Shown here piece after piece: positions 26,731-40,323 of a DNA stretch of 64,000 bases (its first letter is position 1; each line of letters begins with the position of its first letter). The position numbers and the translations under genes are program-made. The notes under the pieces were generated by a model. The model saw nothing but the letters and a program-made list of their open reading frames with translations, was not told the DNA's origin and searched no databases. This DNA is from Dicyema japonicum (taxonomy: Eukaryota > Animalia > Dicyemida), in contig RDEW01000034.1 in assembly GCA_011109175.1 (NCBI GenBank), positions 579,556 to 643,555 on the forward strand. Reading direction: 5' to 3'.

Positions 26731-27335
26731 AATTGAGATCCTAATGAGCGCTGCTGGCTATTTCAGTAAATTTGGCTCACCATCCTGATGGGAAATAGCC
26801 ACGAAGTAAGGGTTCCCGCTGTATGACCTTTCTGTATAGTTTAGTTATATTATTTTGATGTTATGTAGTAGTTTTTACATAAATTTCTACTCTCCCATTC
26901 AAGTCTTTCTAAGGACTTTTTAAACCGCATTTCATATTTAGGACAATTTCTTATGGCGACTAAAATCTCAAAAATGGCATTTCATGGCATCTAAAAATGG
27001 AAATTTACATACGGACAGAATAAATTTATTATTATAAAACATAATTAAATAAATTTTAACATAATATTTTAGAAAATTTCCTTCTCGAGAATTTTTTCAG
27101 CGTTTCAATAGCTCACTCAATACTGCACGAAGTTGCGGTATATTTTGTCACATGGGCAACCTGTTTTTTACGGGTTTCCATGGAAACCAGAATATACTAC
27201 ATAATATGACTTTCTTGTAACTTTTATAAGAACAACATTTAACTAATTCATTAATTCTAAATAAAAAATTAATTCAAACTGTATTTATTAAATGGCTAAC
27301 CTGATTTCTTTTAATTTTAACAGCATGGCTTTAGT

Positions 27336-29082
27336 CAGGAGACTGAACAAGACACTTCGCCAAGAAGAACTTCTTCGCGAAATCAATGAAGTATCCAAAC
27401 TAAAGATAATTCACAAATGTATATGGCCGCTCGTTTACTACGCCACACAAACCGGAAGGAACGAATAATCATCAAAGACAAAAATGGCAAGACATTACTG
27501 AATACTGAAGAGCAAGCGGAGGTAATTGCAACATATTTTGAGAAACTTTTTAATGTGACTACAGCAATCCCCCATTCAAAGGAAAGCCTAGACCCTTAAA
27601 AGAACCAATTTCAATTTTGGAAGTAAAAACAGCATGTCAAAAACTAAAAAATAACAGAAGCCCTGGACCAGATACGATAAACCCAGAATTACTGAAATAC
27701 GGGCCTGACCCCCTTTTTGAAAAAATCGCAACACTACTAAATGATATGTTTTCAACTAACTCAACCTTGCCCTGGGAACGGAATTACTAATACCTATACA
27801 AAAACCCAATAAACCCAAAGGACCGGTTGAAAACTTACGACCTATTATATTATCAAATTCGCTACGGAAAGTCTTAACTAACATTGTATTGGAACGAATA
27901 CACGGACCCGCCTATGAATACCTACCAGAAAGTCAAAGTGAGTTCAGAGAAGGAAGATCAACAGCTGATGCAGTCTGGAGTCACAGATAGAGATGAGCAA
28001 CACATCAAAGATATTTCAATGCTATCCACATTCTGGGAATAGATCTATCAAAAGCCTTTGACTCGGTTAACAGGAAAAAATTGATGACAGTGCTGGAAGG
28101 GTTTTTGACGAATCGAGTCTAAGAATGATTCAAATCCTTCTATCTAACACAGAGCTCCTTGTGAGAGTTGGAAAAACCTACTCAAGAAAAATTGAAAAAA
28201 CACAGGCACTCCTCAAGGAGACTCCCTTTACAATATACTTGGAGGCCGCTATGAGGGAACTGAGACCATTATATCAAGGAAAAATAGAAGAAGTGATTTA
28301 TGCTGATGATGTCGACCTAATTTCTGAAGACAAAGAACTCCTGGAGCATGTAGTAGAAAAAGCACCAGATATACTTGAGAAATGGTTTCTCATCGTGAAC
28401 AGGGAAAAACAGAACGGACAGAAATAAGAAGAATGAACAACTCACTCGAAGAAAAATGGAGACACAAAGAAACTTGGCTCACTACTAGGAGATAGCGAAG
28501 ACATCATACGGAGAAAAACATTGGCAAATGCGGCATTACAAAGGCTTAAAAATCTTTGGCTAAAACGGAAAGGATATAACATAAAACAAAGGATTATGTT
28601 ATACGACACTTTCATCAAACCAATTCTACTATACAACTCTGGGACCTGGGCCACCTCTAAAGAGGAATTGGAGAGGCTAGACTCATTTCACAGGAATCAT
28701 CTAAGAAACATAACTGGAATGTCCTGGCCATCCAAGATCTCGCGGAATGGACTGTACAATAAGTGTGACTGTATACCATTAAGCCACGAGATCATTAGCT
28801 CTCGTTGGAGACTTTTTGGACACGTCCTGAGGTTGGACCCGATATCCCCTCCGAACATCGCAATGGAAGATTACTACTCCAATGTAAAACGCTTTCGTGG
28901 AAGACCGTTCTACAAAACGATCTGAAAGCCGTGAAGAAAACATTGGCATCTGGTGACGATCTGGACTCACTGAGGGACCTAGCAAAGAACAGAAGAGCTT
29001 GGAGCAACCTAACTAATTCTCTTATATTTTTTGCTGCACATGCGGGGCTATAAATATTATGGCTCTCGTGAAAGTGATAATA
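27336..29082 (+). mobile_element. 5'-truncated RTE-like LINE inserted in the Ginger element
   Basis: RT motifs (LKNNRSPGPD, IDLSKAFD, IYADDVD, RWRLFGHVLR); short TAA tail; 11-bp TSD ATGGCTTTAGT at 27325-27335 and 29083-29093. Confidence 0.92.
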
Positions 29083-29673
29083 ATGGCTTTAGTGATTTTG
29101 TATGTATCAATTTAGGGGTTATATCAGAGATCTTATCTAATGTGACAAAAAAACAGATATTGTGTCGAATCGATCTTGAAGATGTAAGTACTCAAATGAA
29201 ACGGAGAATACGAGAAAAGGCCTCACATTTTTCGCCTAGAAACGATAAGTTTAATTCTAATTTAATTTAGATTTTTCTTGAAAGGAAACTCAGAAAAATT
29301 GGTTATTCCTCTGGAATGTGAGTCGAGATGGAAACCCATGCCAGATCCCTCCATCTGATCTCACACGGAGCGATCAATAAAATCGAATTTCTTTGCCGTC
29401 GGAACTATTTTATAGTAAAGAGTTCCGTAATAAGAAAAGTTAAAAATGATTGTGAGGTTTGTAAGTTTTCGCTTCCTCTTAAGGTTATCTTTTTCAAATA
29501 ACTGCTTAGATTGTTGACGAGAACAATCATGTTTTTACGTCTGCATCAAAATGAGCGTTTTCAGATTAATCTAATCGATCTGAAAAAATTAAAGGTGTCA
29601 ACAAAGGATATAAATGGATCCTATGCGTAATTGATGTATATAGTCGGTAATAAAATTATCTATTACCACGTCA

Positions 29674-31533
29674 CAGTGGTGACACGTTTATATGGGACAA
29701 AAAAGGGTATTTTTAAAAAATCGTCCCATATAATTATTTGTCCCATATAATATTTTAATTTTTTTAATCAACAAATTTATTTCAAATATAATCTATCATC
29801 ACTTTTTCTTTTATTAATTGAAACTTTATTTAATTTGGATTCAAACCTCATCAAATGAACACATAGATCACTATCGTATTCATGCACCAAATTTTTAAAA
29901 GATCCAAGTCTAATTCTTATTTCTTTTAAATCTTCATATGAAAACGGTTCATCATTTTGGTCAATTCTTTCTTCAAAGTTATTTCGGGATTGAAAATTAT
30001 TGATTCATTCACATTTTCAGATTCATTTTCCAAAGGTTCATTGAATTCAATATCTTCTAACACCATATTGTCAGGATTTACTTCTTTATAGTACAAACCA
30101 GCTTTTTTCAACAATTAATAACAGTGTTTTTAGAAATTAACTTTACGGCTTCTTTAATCCAAAATATACTATCAATTTTTAGATTTAAATTTAATTTCTT
30201 CACATTCCCAAATATTAATTAAATTCTGTTGATTGAGCTTTGTATTTACTTTTAATTACTTTAATAATTCCATATCTAAAGGTTGAATTACTGAACTGGT
30301 ATTTGGAGGAATAAAATTAAATTTGATATTACTTGGCTCTTCAGTATTATAACCGCTAAAATTGTCCATTAACAAAAGAATGTGTCGATGTTCTTTAATA
30401 AAATTATTATTCAGTTCATTAATATATAAAAATGTCTTTCGTTAACCAAGCTATTTGCAACATAATATTGTTTGATTTAAGATCATATTGCTTAAAGCAC
30501 CGAGGATTTTTACTTTTACAAATAAATAATGGATTGCAAATTTCTTCATTCATTGAACAACAAAACAATGCTGTAATTTTTTCACTGTCTTTTTTTTATT
30601 GAATTTGATGACATACGAATAGCTGTGTTGCCCTCTCAAATAAATGCATGTTTTATCACAGTTATAAATATTTTCTAAAGAATAACCACGAATTAGACAA
30701 AATGATTCTGCAAATATGAATGCAGATTCATGATCAGCACTTGCAGCTTCTCCAGATAACCGTTTATATTTCATGTTATAATGACATTTGAAGGATGAAA
30801 ACCACTGTTTTCCACGTTTGAATGAATTATCATTATGTTCTTGCGCATATTTAAGTGCGAGTACTTTAATAGAATTGAGAGTCATATTCTGCGATCTTAA
30901 TTTTGAAATGGCCCCAATCAAATACTCGTTCAAAGAACCAAATCTTGGAATATATTTTGTCCGGATTACGTGCCTGTTATCGAAATTTGTATATTTGTCT
31001 AAATTCTTAGCTATTCTTCCCACGACTGTTTTGTTAGTTCCATATCGTTGGGCAATTACTCTATAAGAACTTTTTTGTTCTATGATTTCCTCAGCAATCT
31101 TGTTTTTGGTATTAAAATCAAGTTCATTTCTCTTGTTTGACGTCATAAGGTTAATAACAAAAAATATTGATTTAATTCTTTTTTTAAACAAATAATTTTT
31201 TTACAATTAACAAATGTCAGTTGAGGAAGCCTGCTGCGTGGATTGCGAACGAGTTCCCTCGGAGTATGGCTATTCTAATCTTTTTTGTCTTAGCCATTAA
31301 CCCTTTCTCGTTGATCCCTTTTCTTCTGGCAAGCAATCCTCCGAGTTCTTGCAATTCTTTAAAAATTGTCCCATATATATTAGCAATATATTTAAAATTG
31401 TTAAATAATTTATATAAATTTACTACAAAAATGCAAATATTGACAATTGTTAATAAATTGGTTAAATTGTCCCATTTATACATTTTGTCCCGTCCCATAT
31501 AATTTTTTGTCTTATATAAATGTGTCACCACTG
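29674..31533 (-). mobile_element. pogo/Tigger DNA transposon inserted in an intron of the Ginger integrase
   Basis: TIRs CAGTGGTGACAC.TTTATAT..GACAAAAAA at both ends, TA after the right end; ORF 30550-31191 (HTH, ..ENIYNCDKT); downstream LLLMDNFSG and FIPPNTSSVIQPLDMEL. Confidence 0.9.
31217..31370 (-). mobile_element. Short CRE-like 3' fragment inside the pogo element
   Basis: KELQELGGLLARRKG...IRIAILRGNSFAI. Confidence 0.7.
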
Positions 31534-32599
31534 TAGTTTCGCTTTTGAAAGGCCGTTGTTAAACAAGTCGGCAAGTGAAGTATGCCAGAATTTGGAGTCC
31601 CTTTTTTACTTATATGGACCTTGTCAAATTCTACAGTCGGACAACGGGACTGAATTTAAAAATGCCAACATTCGAGTTTTATGTGAGAAATTCAGAATAC
31701 GTCACCATGGAAGACCAAACAATCCTAGATCCCAAGTTTGTATACAAAATAATTTTTAGGGAATAGTAGAACGTTTCAATCAGACGTTGACAATATCAAT
31801 ATCTAAACTTATTGATGGGAATCAAAATGAATGTGTGTCTATTTTAGAATATGCAGTTTATTGCTATACAATACGACAATGCACTCTTTTTCAAATACGA
31901 CGCCATTCAAACGGTATCGCGGAATTTTTGGAACAAATTCCTTACAAAAGATAGAATGCGAAGAAGGTGCTACATTTAAATTTTGTAATTTTAGAATCTG
32001 TGATAATAGTTAATGACGTTTCAACTATTTGCGAATCGGCTCATCAAATTAATGGCGGTTTTTAATTTATAAATTACAATTTTGTATAATCCTCTAATTT
32101 CGAGATAACACCAATTGTGGGCGACGACCAATACTATCGACGGATGAATAGACGAATGGGTGTACATTTTAGTAAGTACAATTATGCAATTGGAGATCAA
32201 GTTAAAATTTTGGTGTATTTAATTAATGTACGAATCACGAAAAATCATGGAACTAACCCAGCATTGATGCTTGAAAAGTTTGAATCCAAAAATTCTGAAC
32301 TTGCGAAATAGTCTCTATCTTATCTGATTCACGTGTAGAAGTATTTTCGAACGTATTTATTGGTTGAATTTTCTGATGGAAGAATAAGATCGGTCTTAAT
32401 TTCAAGACTTAAAAAATAATTTTTTACTATATTAAATAAATTCTTTGTTAAATTTAGCAATTGCTAGCTTGTTACTATGGAAACACGTAAAAAAAGAGGT
32501 TGCCCATAGGCATCAAGCCACCCATGTGACATATTTAGTTAAACTTTAATAAAGATAAATTTTATTTTTAACTACACAAACACTTAACAACTACAAAAC

Positions 32600-32760
32600 T
32601 TTCCTTTCAGTCAAACTGGCCTCTCTGGAATTGAAAACCGATTTACTATGACGATTTGTAAAGAAATTCGCTCAATAAGCCGACTCATTTCTCCAATATC
32701 TTTCTAATTCCTTGCAATAAGCGATCCGATACGGTCAGCAGGGTAAATGATCTGCCTCTA
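32600..32760 (-). mobile_element. CRE-like 3' terminal fragment
   Basis: Reverse strand reads RIGSLIAR...RLIERISLQIV, as in 20850-21000. Confidence 0.65.
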
Positions 32761-33030
32761 AGATAAACAAACATATTATTCAAAAAGTGGATCCAGCACG
32801 AAAAAGTTAATCAGACACCTTCATGACATTAAGCACACATGTGTCAAACGTAATCATTGCTTCGGCACGAAAACTTAACTTCGTAAATGTGCTCGTCTCA
32901 AAATATAAAAAATCTTCAAATCGATTCTACATTTATGTAAATTTATTAGGGAAGTAATAAATGCTTGTTCGCAGAAAAAATTCCAAGAAATTAATAAATC
33001 ATATAAATACTCAATTTCAGTAAAACTCAA

Positions 33031-33854
33031 ATGTTCTGGTTTTTAGTAATTGTGTTAGGAATAATAGAGATTTGTATTACATTTTATAAAAATAGCATTA
33101 CAACAATACACACCATACTCTATGGAAGTGAAATTTGATAATTTCCCAGTAATTTACTTTATTAACAATTAGGAAGACGAGATAAATTTTGTCAAATCGG
33201 TCAATATGTGTCATTAATGTTCAGGCTTTAAGAGAAGTTATGACTATAACCGAAGAGAATATTAATCCTGAACTTAGCATAACAATAAGGTAATACAACA
33301 ATTAATTCTTTTAGTCGTGGTCAAGAAAATTGTGATTACAGAGATAGTATTTTAACGGTAACAGTGCTACAGATGCTGAAGTATAGATAATTTATATTAA
33401 TAGATCTTGACTGGAAAAATATTAAAATGTCTGTTAAAAAATATTTTGCGAGGAAAAGAAGTAATAGACCCTCAATCCCGAGATTTTGATATACTACAGG
33501 ACGAAAGTGGATGGTTAATAATGTAATATTATTTTAGTGCAAGAATATTATCCGATGAACAAGTTATATTCCTTCAAGGGATAAACAAAGCAGATTTTTG
33601 AATAGAATTGTAGGTTAATAAATTATTAATATTAGAACAACCTCTGTTACGACCACCAGTACAACCACTACTCCTATACCTCCTGATGATGATGACATGG
33701 ACACAGATGAGCAAAAGATATCCATGAAGATTCTGAAAAATTAACCACCAAAGATCGCAGTAATATTGGAATAAATTGTATTATTATAATATATTCAGCA
33801 TTCAATATTATTCATTTCCTGAATGCTCTAATTATTATTGGAGTTATCATTTAA
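33031..33854 (+). pseudogene. Array surface-protein gene, copy 1 (several 1-nt deletions)
   Basis: Same 8-exon structure; single-base losses in exons 5, 7 and 8. Confidence 0.7.
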
Positions 33855-34875
33855 TTAGATTATTAATAATTTGATTGGATTGGGTTCTCTAAATAAAAAT
33901 TTATTAAAATAATTTTGACTAAAACTAACAGTTAACAATATTGGATGCTCTGGTAATTGAGAACGCATTTCCTCAATATTTGCATGGTAATGTGCTCAAT
34001 GGGTCAGCTTTTTTCTCTTCAAAAATTTTTCTTTCAGATCTAATTTGTTTGGGTTTTCGAAGTCACGTGGAGAATTTCCGAGGCCAAATTCTGATTTTTG
34101 AGATCAATTACCTGTTTTTCATTTACTGACACGACCTTATCCCTCAGAAAACTCTGATTAGATACAGCGAGAAACCGGGCTTGTCGCTATGGAAGAAATT
34201 CTGTTCGTCGATTCCATGGCCGAATGTTAGCCCAAATTGGTTTGATCCTCTCAGAAGGAGACCGAGACTTGCTGCTTCGTAGAAGACCAGTCGATCGATA
34301 ATGTTGATTTTTTTAAAAATTATTTAGAGTTAAAAAAACATTGAGCCAGTTTTGGGACTCAATCTACCTTAGATAGAAATACTCTGGAATCCCACCATTT
34401 GAAGGATATTTCACCGCAACAATTAGGGAAACCTTGAGCAGGCACAAACGGGAGTTTATATAGACTGAAAATGATAATATTGAGTGCCTGTCGGCCTCCT
34501 CACTGGGATTATCACTCAAAGGGAGAATAATTTACAATTTTCTTATTATTATCCAAATTTTCAAGTTAGGTCATCCTTGCAGTCGATCTTTAGTGGACTA
34601 CAATATTTGGAGAATTATCAACATTTTGGCTTCTCGTTCCATTTAGAGTTCCCATCACTACTGAATCGCTTGCTGTACTGAATCTTTTCCTGCCGACTCC
34701 GAAAACAAAAGAAAAGTTCTCACACATTTAATGTTGTCATAAATTTGCAACCTTCTTTTCGTTTTTCTTTGATTGTATAAGACTTTTTGTCATTCAAGAG
34801 TTTGTAACTTAGAGGTTTGTTCATATGTTCATGTTAAATTAATTAAATTATTCCAAAGACCAAGGATAAGCAAAC

Positions 34876-35740
34876 TAACTAACTCCTTGATCCTGCCTCA
34901 TTCCACCGTTCCAGAACTTGTTTCCAGGTAACGACACAGAAGAGGAGTCGTTGACCTGAACACATCCGTTTCTTCCTCATCAAAGTTACTGGAGCGTCAC
35001 TGAACTGATTTAGTGATTAATTGCTGTAACCAAATCTTCCTTCCTCGATAGTGCACATTTCATATTTATACTCTACCGACATGCTCTCCAGCGTCCTCTT
35101 AAGGACAACGGATTGAATGTATGTAGTTTGAGCTCTCTAGCAAATAAATCGTACTTATTCAATTTTTTTACTTCAGTGTGCTTCAATAATCCTTGAGAAG
35201 TAAAACTCTCCTTGAACACAACTAAACTTAAATAGTCCTCTTAAACACTTATCTATCTTATTCATCATCCTCACCATTCTCAGAAAATATTTTTAGATTA
35301 TAAATAATAGTAAGTGATTGGCTGTATACGTCATCAATGATGACTTACTTTGGGATTTAAACAATTTTGGAAATTTAAATTTTAGAATTTTGCTTAAAGG
35401 ATCCATTACTAACACACAAAGCCGGAAAGACAGACGAATCTCCTTGCAATATACCACGATTTAATTTAACGAACCCAATCTTTCCCTGTTGAAATATCGA
35501 ATAACTTTCTAATGGCTTATCAGACTTTTCACAAACGTTCCGATCCACATTGGGAAACAGAAAACTCTGAACATGGCAGAGAAAGCAATGGTCCACAAAG
35601 TTGTACGCCTTCTTTAAATCAATCCACGAAGCGAATATTTTGTTTCCATAATGACTGTTTATGCACTGATTTATTACAGCTCGCTCCTTTGCCCCTTGAC
35701 ATATCCTCCTTGCCCATGCTTTTGCAAAACTGACATACAA
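34876..35740 (-). mobile_element. Internally deleted R4/Dong-like RLE retrotransposon fragment in the array spacer; repeated at about 38535-39390, 42527-43383, 46171-47010, 50145-51000 and 53808-54668
   Basis: CQGAKERAVINQ, WIDLKKAY..VDH, NRGILQGDSLS and TSQGLLKHTEVKKLNKYDL..LKRTLES; related to the element at 60357-62874. Confidence 0.85.
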
Positions 35741-36677
35741 GGTCTCACGTGAAATTCGTATTATTATAATATATTTATTCCTGATTGTTTTTAATAGTTA
35801 AATGTTTATTTAATGATCTTGGTTGTTTTACTGTGGTCTTGAGATTTAATTAAATAAAATTTTATTTTTCATGTGAAAACAATTTATTACGTAACAAGAC
35901 AATCAAAATAATCCACTTGATTGATGAAATGGATGTTTCTTTGACAACTGCCAGAGAAATCCTTTGGAACAACATTCGATTTCCCGACTCTCATTCTTCA
36001 CTTTCGAAATCATTGACCCAAGCGATTTTAGAAAAGAGACGTCTTGGCTCCACTCGTCTAGACAACAACGGGTTGTACATGGAATCTGAATGAGAGGCTA
36101 TCTTATTTTTTTATATTGAGAGTATTGAAGGTAAGAGCAGCCTCCCCAAATGAAAATTTATTATGAAATTATTAATTAAAAGACAGTTGTTATTAATTAA
36201 AGTTAATTAACTTAAAGTCATGAAAAAATTACTTTTATGATCTACAGGTATTAAGCACGGTCTTTTTATGATATTCACACAAAATGGAAAACCGCCAGAA
36301 GAACGGTGTTTTCGAAAATTTGTTGGTTCCCGAGAGACACTGGGAAAAGATGAGAATATTGCTGAGAAGCCAGGATCAGCTGATGGCGTTTGTATTTTAA
36401 TTATTGTTTACCTTGTGATTTATGACTTAATAATAATAGATTGGAATACTATTTAAAAAACGATAGTGGAATGACCACTCAGATTATAATGGTATCAGCA
36501 TCCAAGTATTTTAAAAAGCGTTCTCAAAAGACATACCACCATCGGGATTGTAAAAATGATATTAATTCAGATTCTAAATTTATGTAAATTTATTAAGGAA
36601 GTAATAAATGCTTGTTCGCAGAAAAAATTCCAAGAAATTAATAAATCATATAAATACTCAATTTCAGTAAAACTCAA

Positions 36678-37502
36678 ATGTTCTGGTTTTTAGTAATTGT
36701 GTTAGGAATAATAGAAATTTGTATTACATTTTATAATAATAGCATTACAACAATACACACCATACCCTATGAGAGTGAAATTTGATAATTTCCCAGTAAT
36801 TTACTTTATTAACAATTAGGAGACGAGAGAAATTTTGTCATACGGTCAAAATGTGTCATTAATGTTAGGCATTAGGAGAAGTTATGACTATAACCGAAGA
36901 GAATATTAATCCTGAACTTACCATAACAATAAGGTAATACAACAATTAATTCTTTTAGTCGTGGTCATGAAAATTGTGATTACAGAGATAGTATTTTAAC
37001 GGTAACAGTGCTACCAGATGCTGAAGTATAGATAATTTATATTAATAGATCTTGACTGGAAAAATATTAAAATGTCTGTTAAAAAATATTTTGCGAGGAA
37101 AAGAAGTAGGAGACGATAAATCCCGAGATTTTGATATACTACATGACGAAAGTGGATGGTTAATAATGTAATATTATTTTAGCGCAAGAATATTATCCGA
37201 TGAACAAGTTTTATTCCTTCAAGAGATAAACAAAGCAGATTTTTTGAAAAGAATTGGAGGTTAACAAATTATTAATATTAGAACAACCTACTGTTACGAC
37301 CACCAGTACAACCACTACTCCTATACCTCCTGATGATAATGATATGGACACAGATGAGCAAAAAGATATCCATGAAGATTCTGAAAAATTAACCACCAAA
37401 GATCGCAGTAATATTGGAATAAATTGTATTATTATAATATATTCAGCATTCAATATTATTCATTTCCTGAATGCTCTAATTATTATTGGAGTTATCATTT
37501 AA
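36678..37502 (+). pseudogene. Array surface-protein gene, copy 2 (exon 3 is 25 instead of 27 nt)
   Basis: 8-exon structure; unique in-frame patch VGDDKS in place of VIDPQS in exon 6. Confidence 0.7.
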
Positions 37503-40323
37503 TTAGATTATTAATAATTTGATTGGATTGGGTTCTCTAAATAAAAGGATTTATTAAAATAATTTTGACTAAAACTAACAGTTAACAATTATTGGATGCT
37601 CTGGTAATTGAGAACGCATTTCCTCGATGATTTGCATCGTAATGTGCTCAATGGGTCAGCTTTTTTCTCTTCAAAAATTTTTCTTTCAGATCTAATTTGT
37701 TTGGGTTTTATCGAAGTCACGTGGAGAATTTCCGAGGCCAAATTCTGATTTTTGAGATCAATTATCTGTTTTTAATTTACTGACACGACCTTATCCCTCA
37801 GAAAACTCTGATTAGATACAGCGAGAAACCGGGCTTGTCGCTATGGAAGAAATTCTGTTCGTCGATTCCATGGCCGAATGTTAGCCCAAATTGTTGATCC
37901 TCTCAGAGGAGACCGAGACTATGCTGCTCTTCGTAGAAGACCAGTCGATCGATAATGTTGATTTTTTTAAAAATTATTTAGAGTTAAAAAGAACATTGAG
38001 CCAGTTTTGGGACTCAATCTACCTTAGATAGAAATACTCTGGAATCCCACCATTTGAAGGATATTTCACCGCAACAATTAGGGAAACCTTGAGCAGGCAC
38101 AAACGGGAGTTTATATAGACTGAAAATGATAATATTGAGTGCCTGTCGGCCTCCTCACTGGGATTATCACTCAAAGGGAGAATAATTTACAAGTTTCTTA
38201 TTATTATCCAGAATTTTCAAGGTTAGGTCATCCTTGCAGTCGATCTTAAGTGGACTACATTATTTGGAGAATTAATCAACATTTTGGCTTCTTCGTTCCA
38301 TTTAGGTTCCCATCACTTGCTGAATCGCTTGCTGTACTGAATCTTTTCTTGCCGACTCTAAAAACTCAAGAAAAGTTTCTAACACATTTAATATTGTCAT
38401 AAATTTGCAACCTTCTTTTCGTTTTTCTTTGATAGTTTAAGACTTTTTGCCATTCAACAGTTTGTAACTTAGAGGTTTGTTCACATGTTCATGTTAAATT
38501 AATTAAATTATTCCAAAGACCAAGGATAAACAAACTAACTAACTCCTTGATCCTGTCTCGTTCCACCGTTCCAGAACTTGTTTCCAGGCAACGACACTGA
38601 AGAGGAGTCGTTGACCTGTAACCCATCCGTTTCTTCCTCATCAAAGTTACCTGGAGCGTCACTGAACTGATTTATTGATTAATTGCTGTAACCAAATCTT
38701 CCTTCCTCGATAGTGCACATTTCATATTTATACTCTACCAACATGCTCTCCAGCGTCCTCTTGAGGACAACGGATTGAATGTATGTAGTTTGAGCTCTCT
38801 AGCAAATAAATCGTACTTATTCAACTTTTTTACTTCAGTGTGCTTCAATAATCCTTGAGAAGTATAACTCTCCTTAAACACAACTAAACTGAAATAATCA
38901 TCTATCTCATTCATCATCCTCACCATTCTCAGCAAATATTTTTAGATTATCAATAATAGTAAGTGATTGGCTGTATACGTCATCAATGATTAATTACTTT
39001 GGGATATAGACAATTTTGGAAATTTAAATTTTAGAATTTTGCTTAAAGGATCCATTACTAACACACAAAGCCGGAAAGACAACGAATCTCCTTGCAATAT
39101 ACCACGATTTAATTTAACGAAAACAATCTTTCCTGTTGAAATTCGAATAACTTTCTAATGGCTTATCAGACTTTTCACAAACCTTCCGATCCACATTGGG
39201 AAACAGAAAACTCAGAACATGGCAGAGAAAGCAATAGTCCACAAAGTTGTACGCCTTCTTTAAATCAATCCACGAAGCAAATAGTTTGTTTCCATAATGA
39301 CTGTTTATGCACTGATTTATTACAGCTCGCTCCTTTGCCCCTTGACATATCCTCCTTGCCCCATTTTTGCGGAACTGACATACAAGGTCTCACGTGAAAT
39401 TCGTATTATTATAATATATTTATTCCTGATTGTTTTTAATGGTTAAATGTTTATTTAATGATCATGGTTGTTTTACTGTGGTCTTGAGATTTAATTAAAT
39501 AAAATTTTATTTTTCATGTGAAAACAATTTATTACGTAACAAGACAATCAAAATAATCCACTTGATTGATGAAATGGATGTTTCTTTTGACAACTGCCAG
39601 AAGAAATCCTTTGGAACAACTATTCGATTTCCCGACTCTCATTCTTCACTTTGGAAATCATTGACCCAAGCGATTTTAGAAAAGAGGCGTCTTGGCTCCA
39701 CTCGTCTAGACAACAACGGGTTGTACATGGAATCTGAATGAGAGGCTATCTTATTTTTTATCTTGAAATTATTAAAAGTAAGAGCAGCCTCCCCAAATGA
39801 AAATTTATTATGAAATTATTAATTAAAAGACAGTTGTTATTAATTAAAGTTAATTAATTTAAAGTCATGAAAAAATCACTTTTATGATCTACAAGTATTA
39901 AGCACGGTCTTTTTATGATATTCACACAAAATGAAAACCGCCAGAAGAACGGTGTTTTCGAAAATGTGTTGGTTCCCGAGAGACACTGGGAAAAGATGAG
40001 AATATTGCTGAGAAGCCAGGATCAGCTGATGGCGTTTGTATTTTAATTATTGTTTACCTTGTGATTTATGACTTAATAATAATAGATTGGAATACTATTT
40101 AAAAAACGATAGTGGAATGACCACTCAGATTATAATGGTATCAGCATCCAAGTATTTTAAAAAGCGTTCTCAAAAGACATACCACCATCGGGATTGTAAA
40201 AATGATATTAATTCAGATTCTAAATTTATGTAAATTTTTAAGGAAGTAATAAATGCTTGTTCGCAGAAAAAATTCCAAGAAATTAATAAATCATATAAAT
40301 ACTCAATTTCAGTAAAACTCAAT

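Larger units (their letters stand above)
27146..32531 (+). mobile_element. Ginger2/TDD-like DNA transposon with an intron-containing integrase and nested insertions
   Basis: TIRs TGTCACATGGG...CAACCT..TTTTTACG.GTTTCCAT at 27146 and inverted at 32531; 5-bp TSD TATTT (27141-27145 / 32532-32536); HHCC motif (HLISHG..CEVC), WILCVIDVYSR, LQSDNGTEF, RSQ^GIVERFNQT. Confidence 0.85.

Noticed and set aside
37211-37453. Recurrent ORF MNAEYIIIIQF... (also 41172, 44832, 48842, 56159, 17279)
   Set aside because: Antisense shadow of exon 8 of the surface-protein gene.
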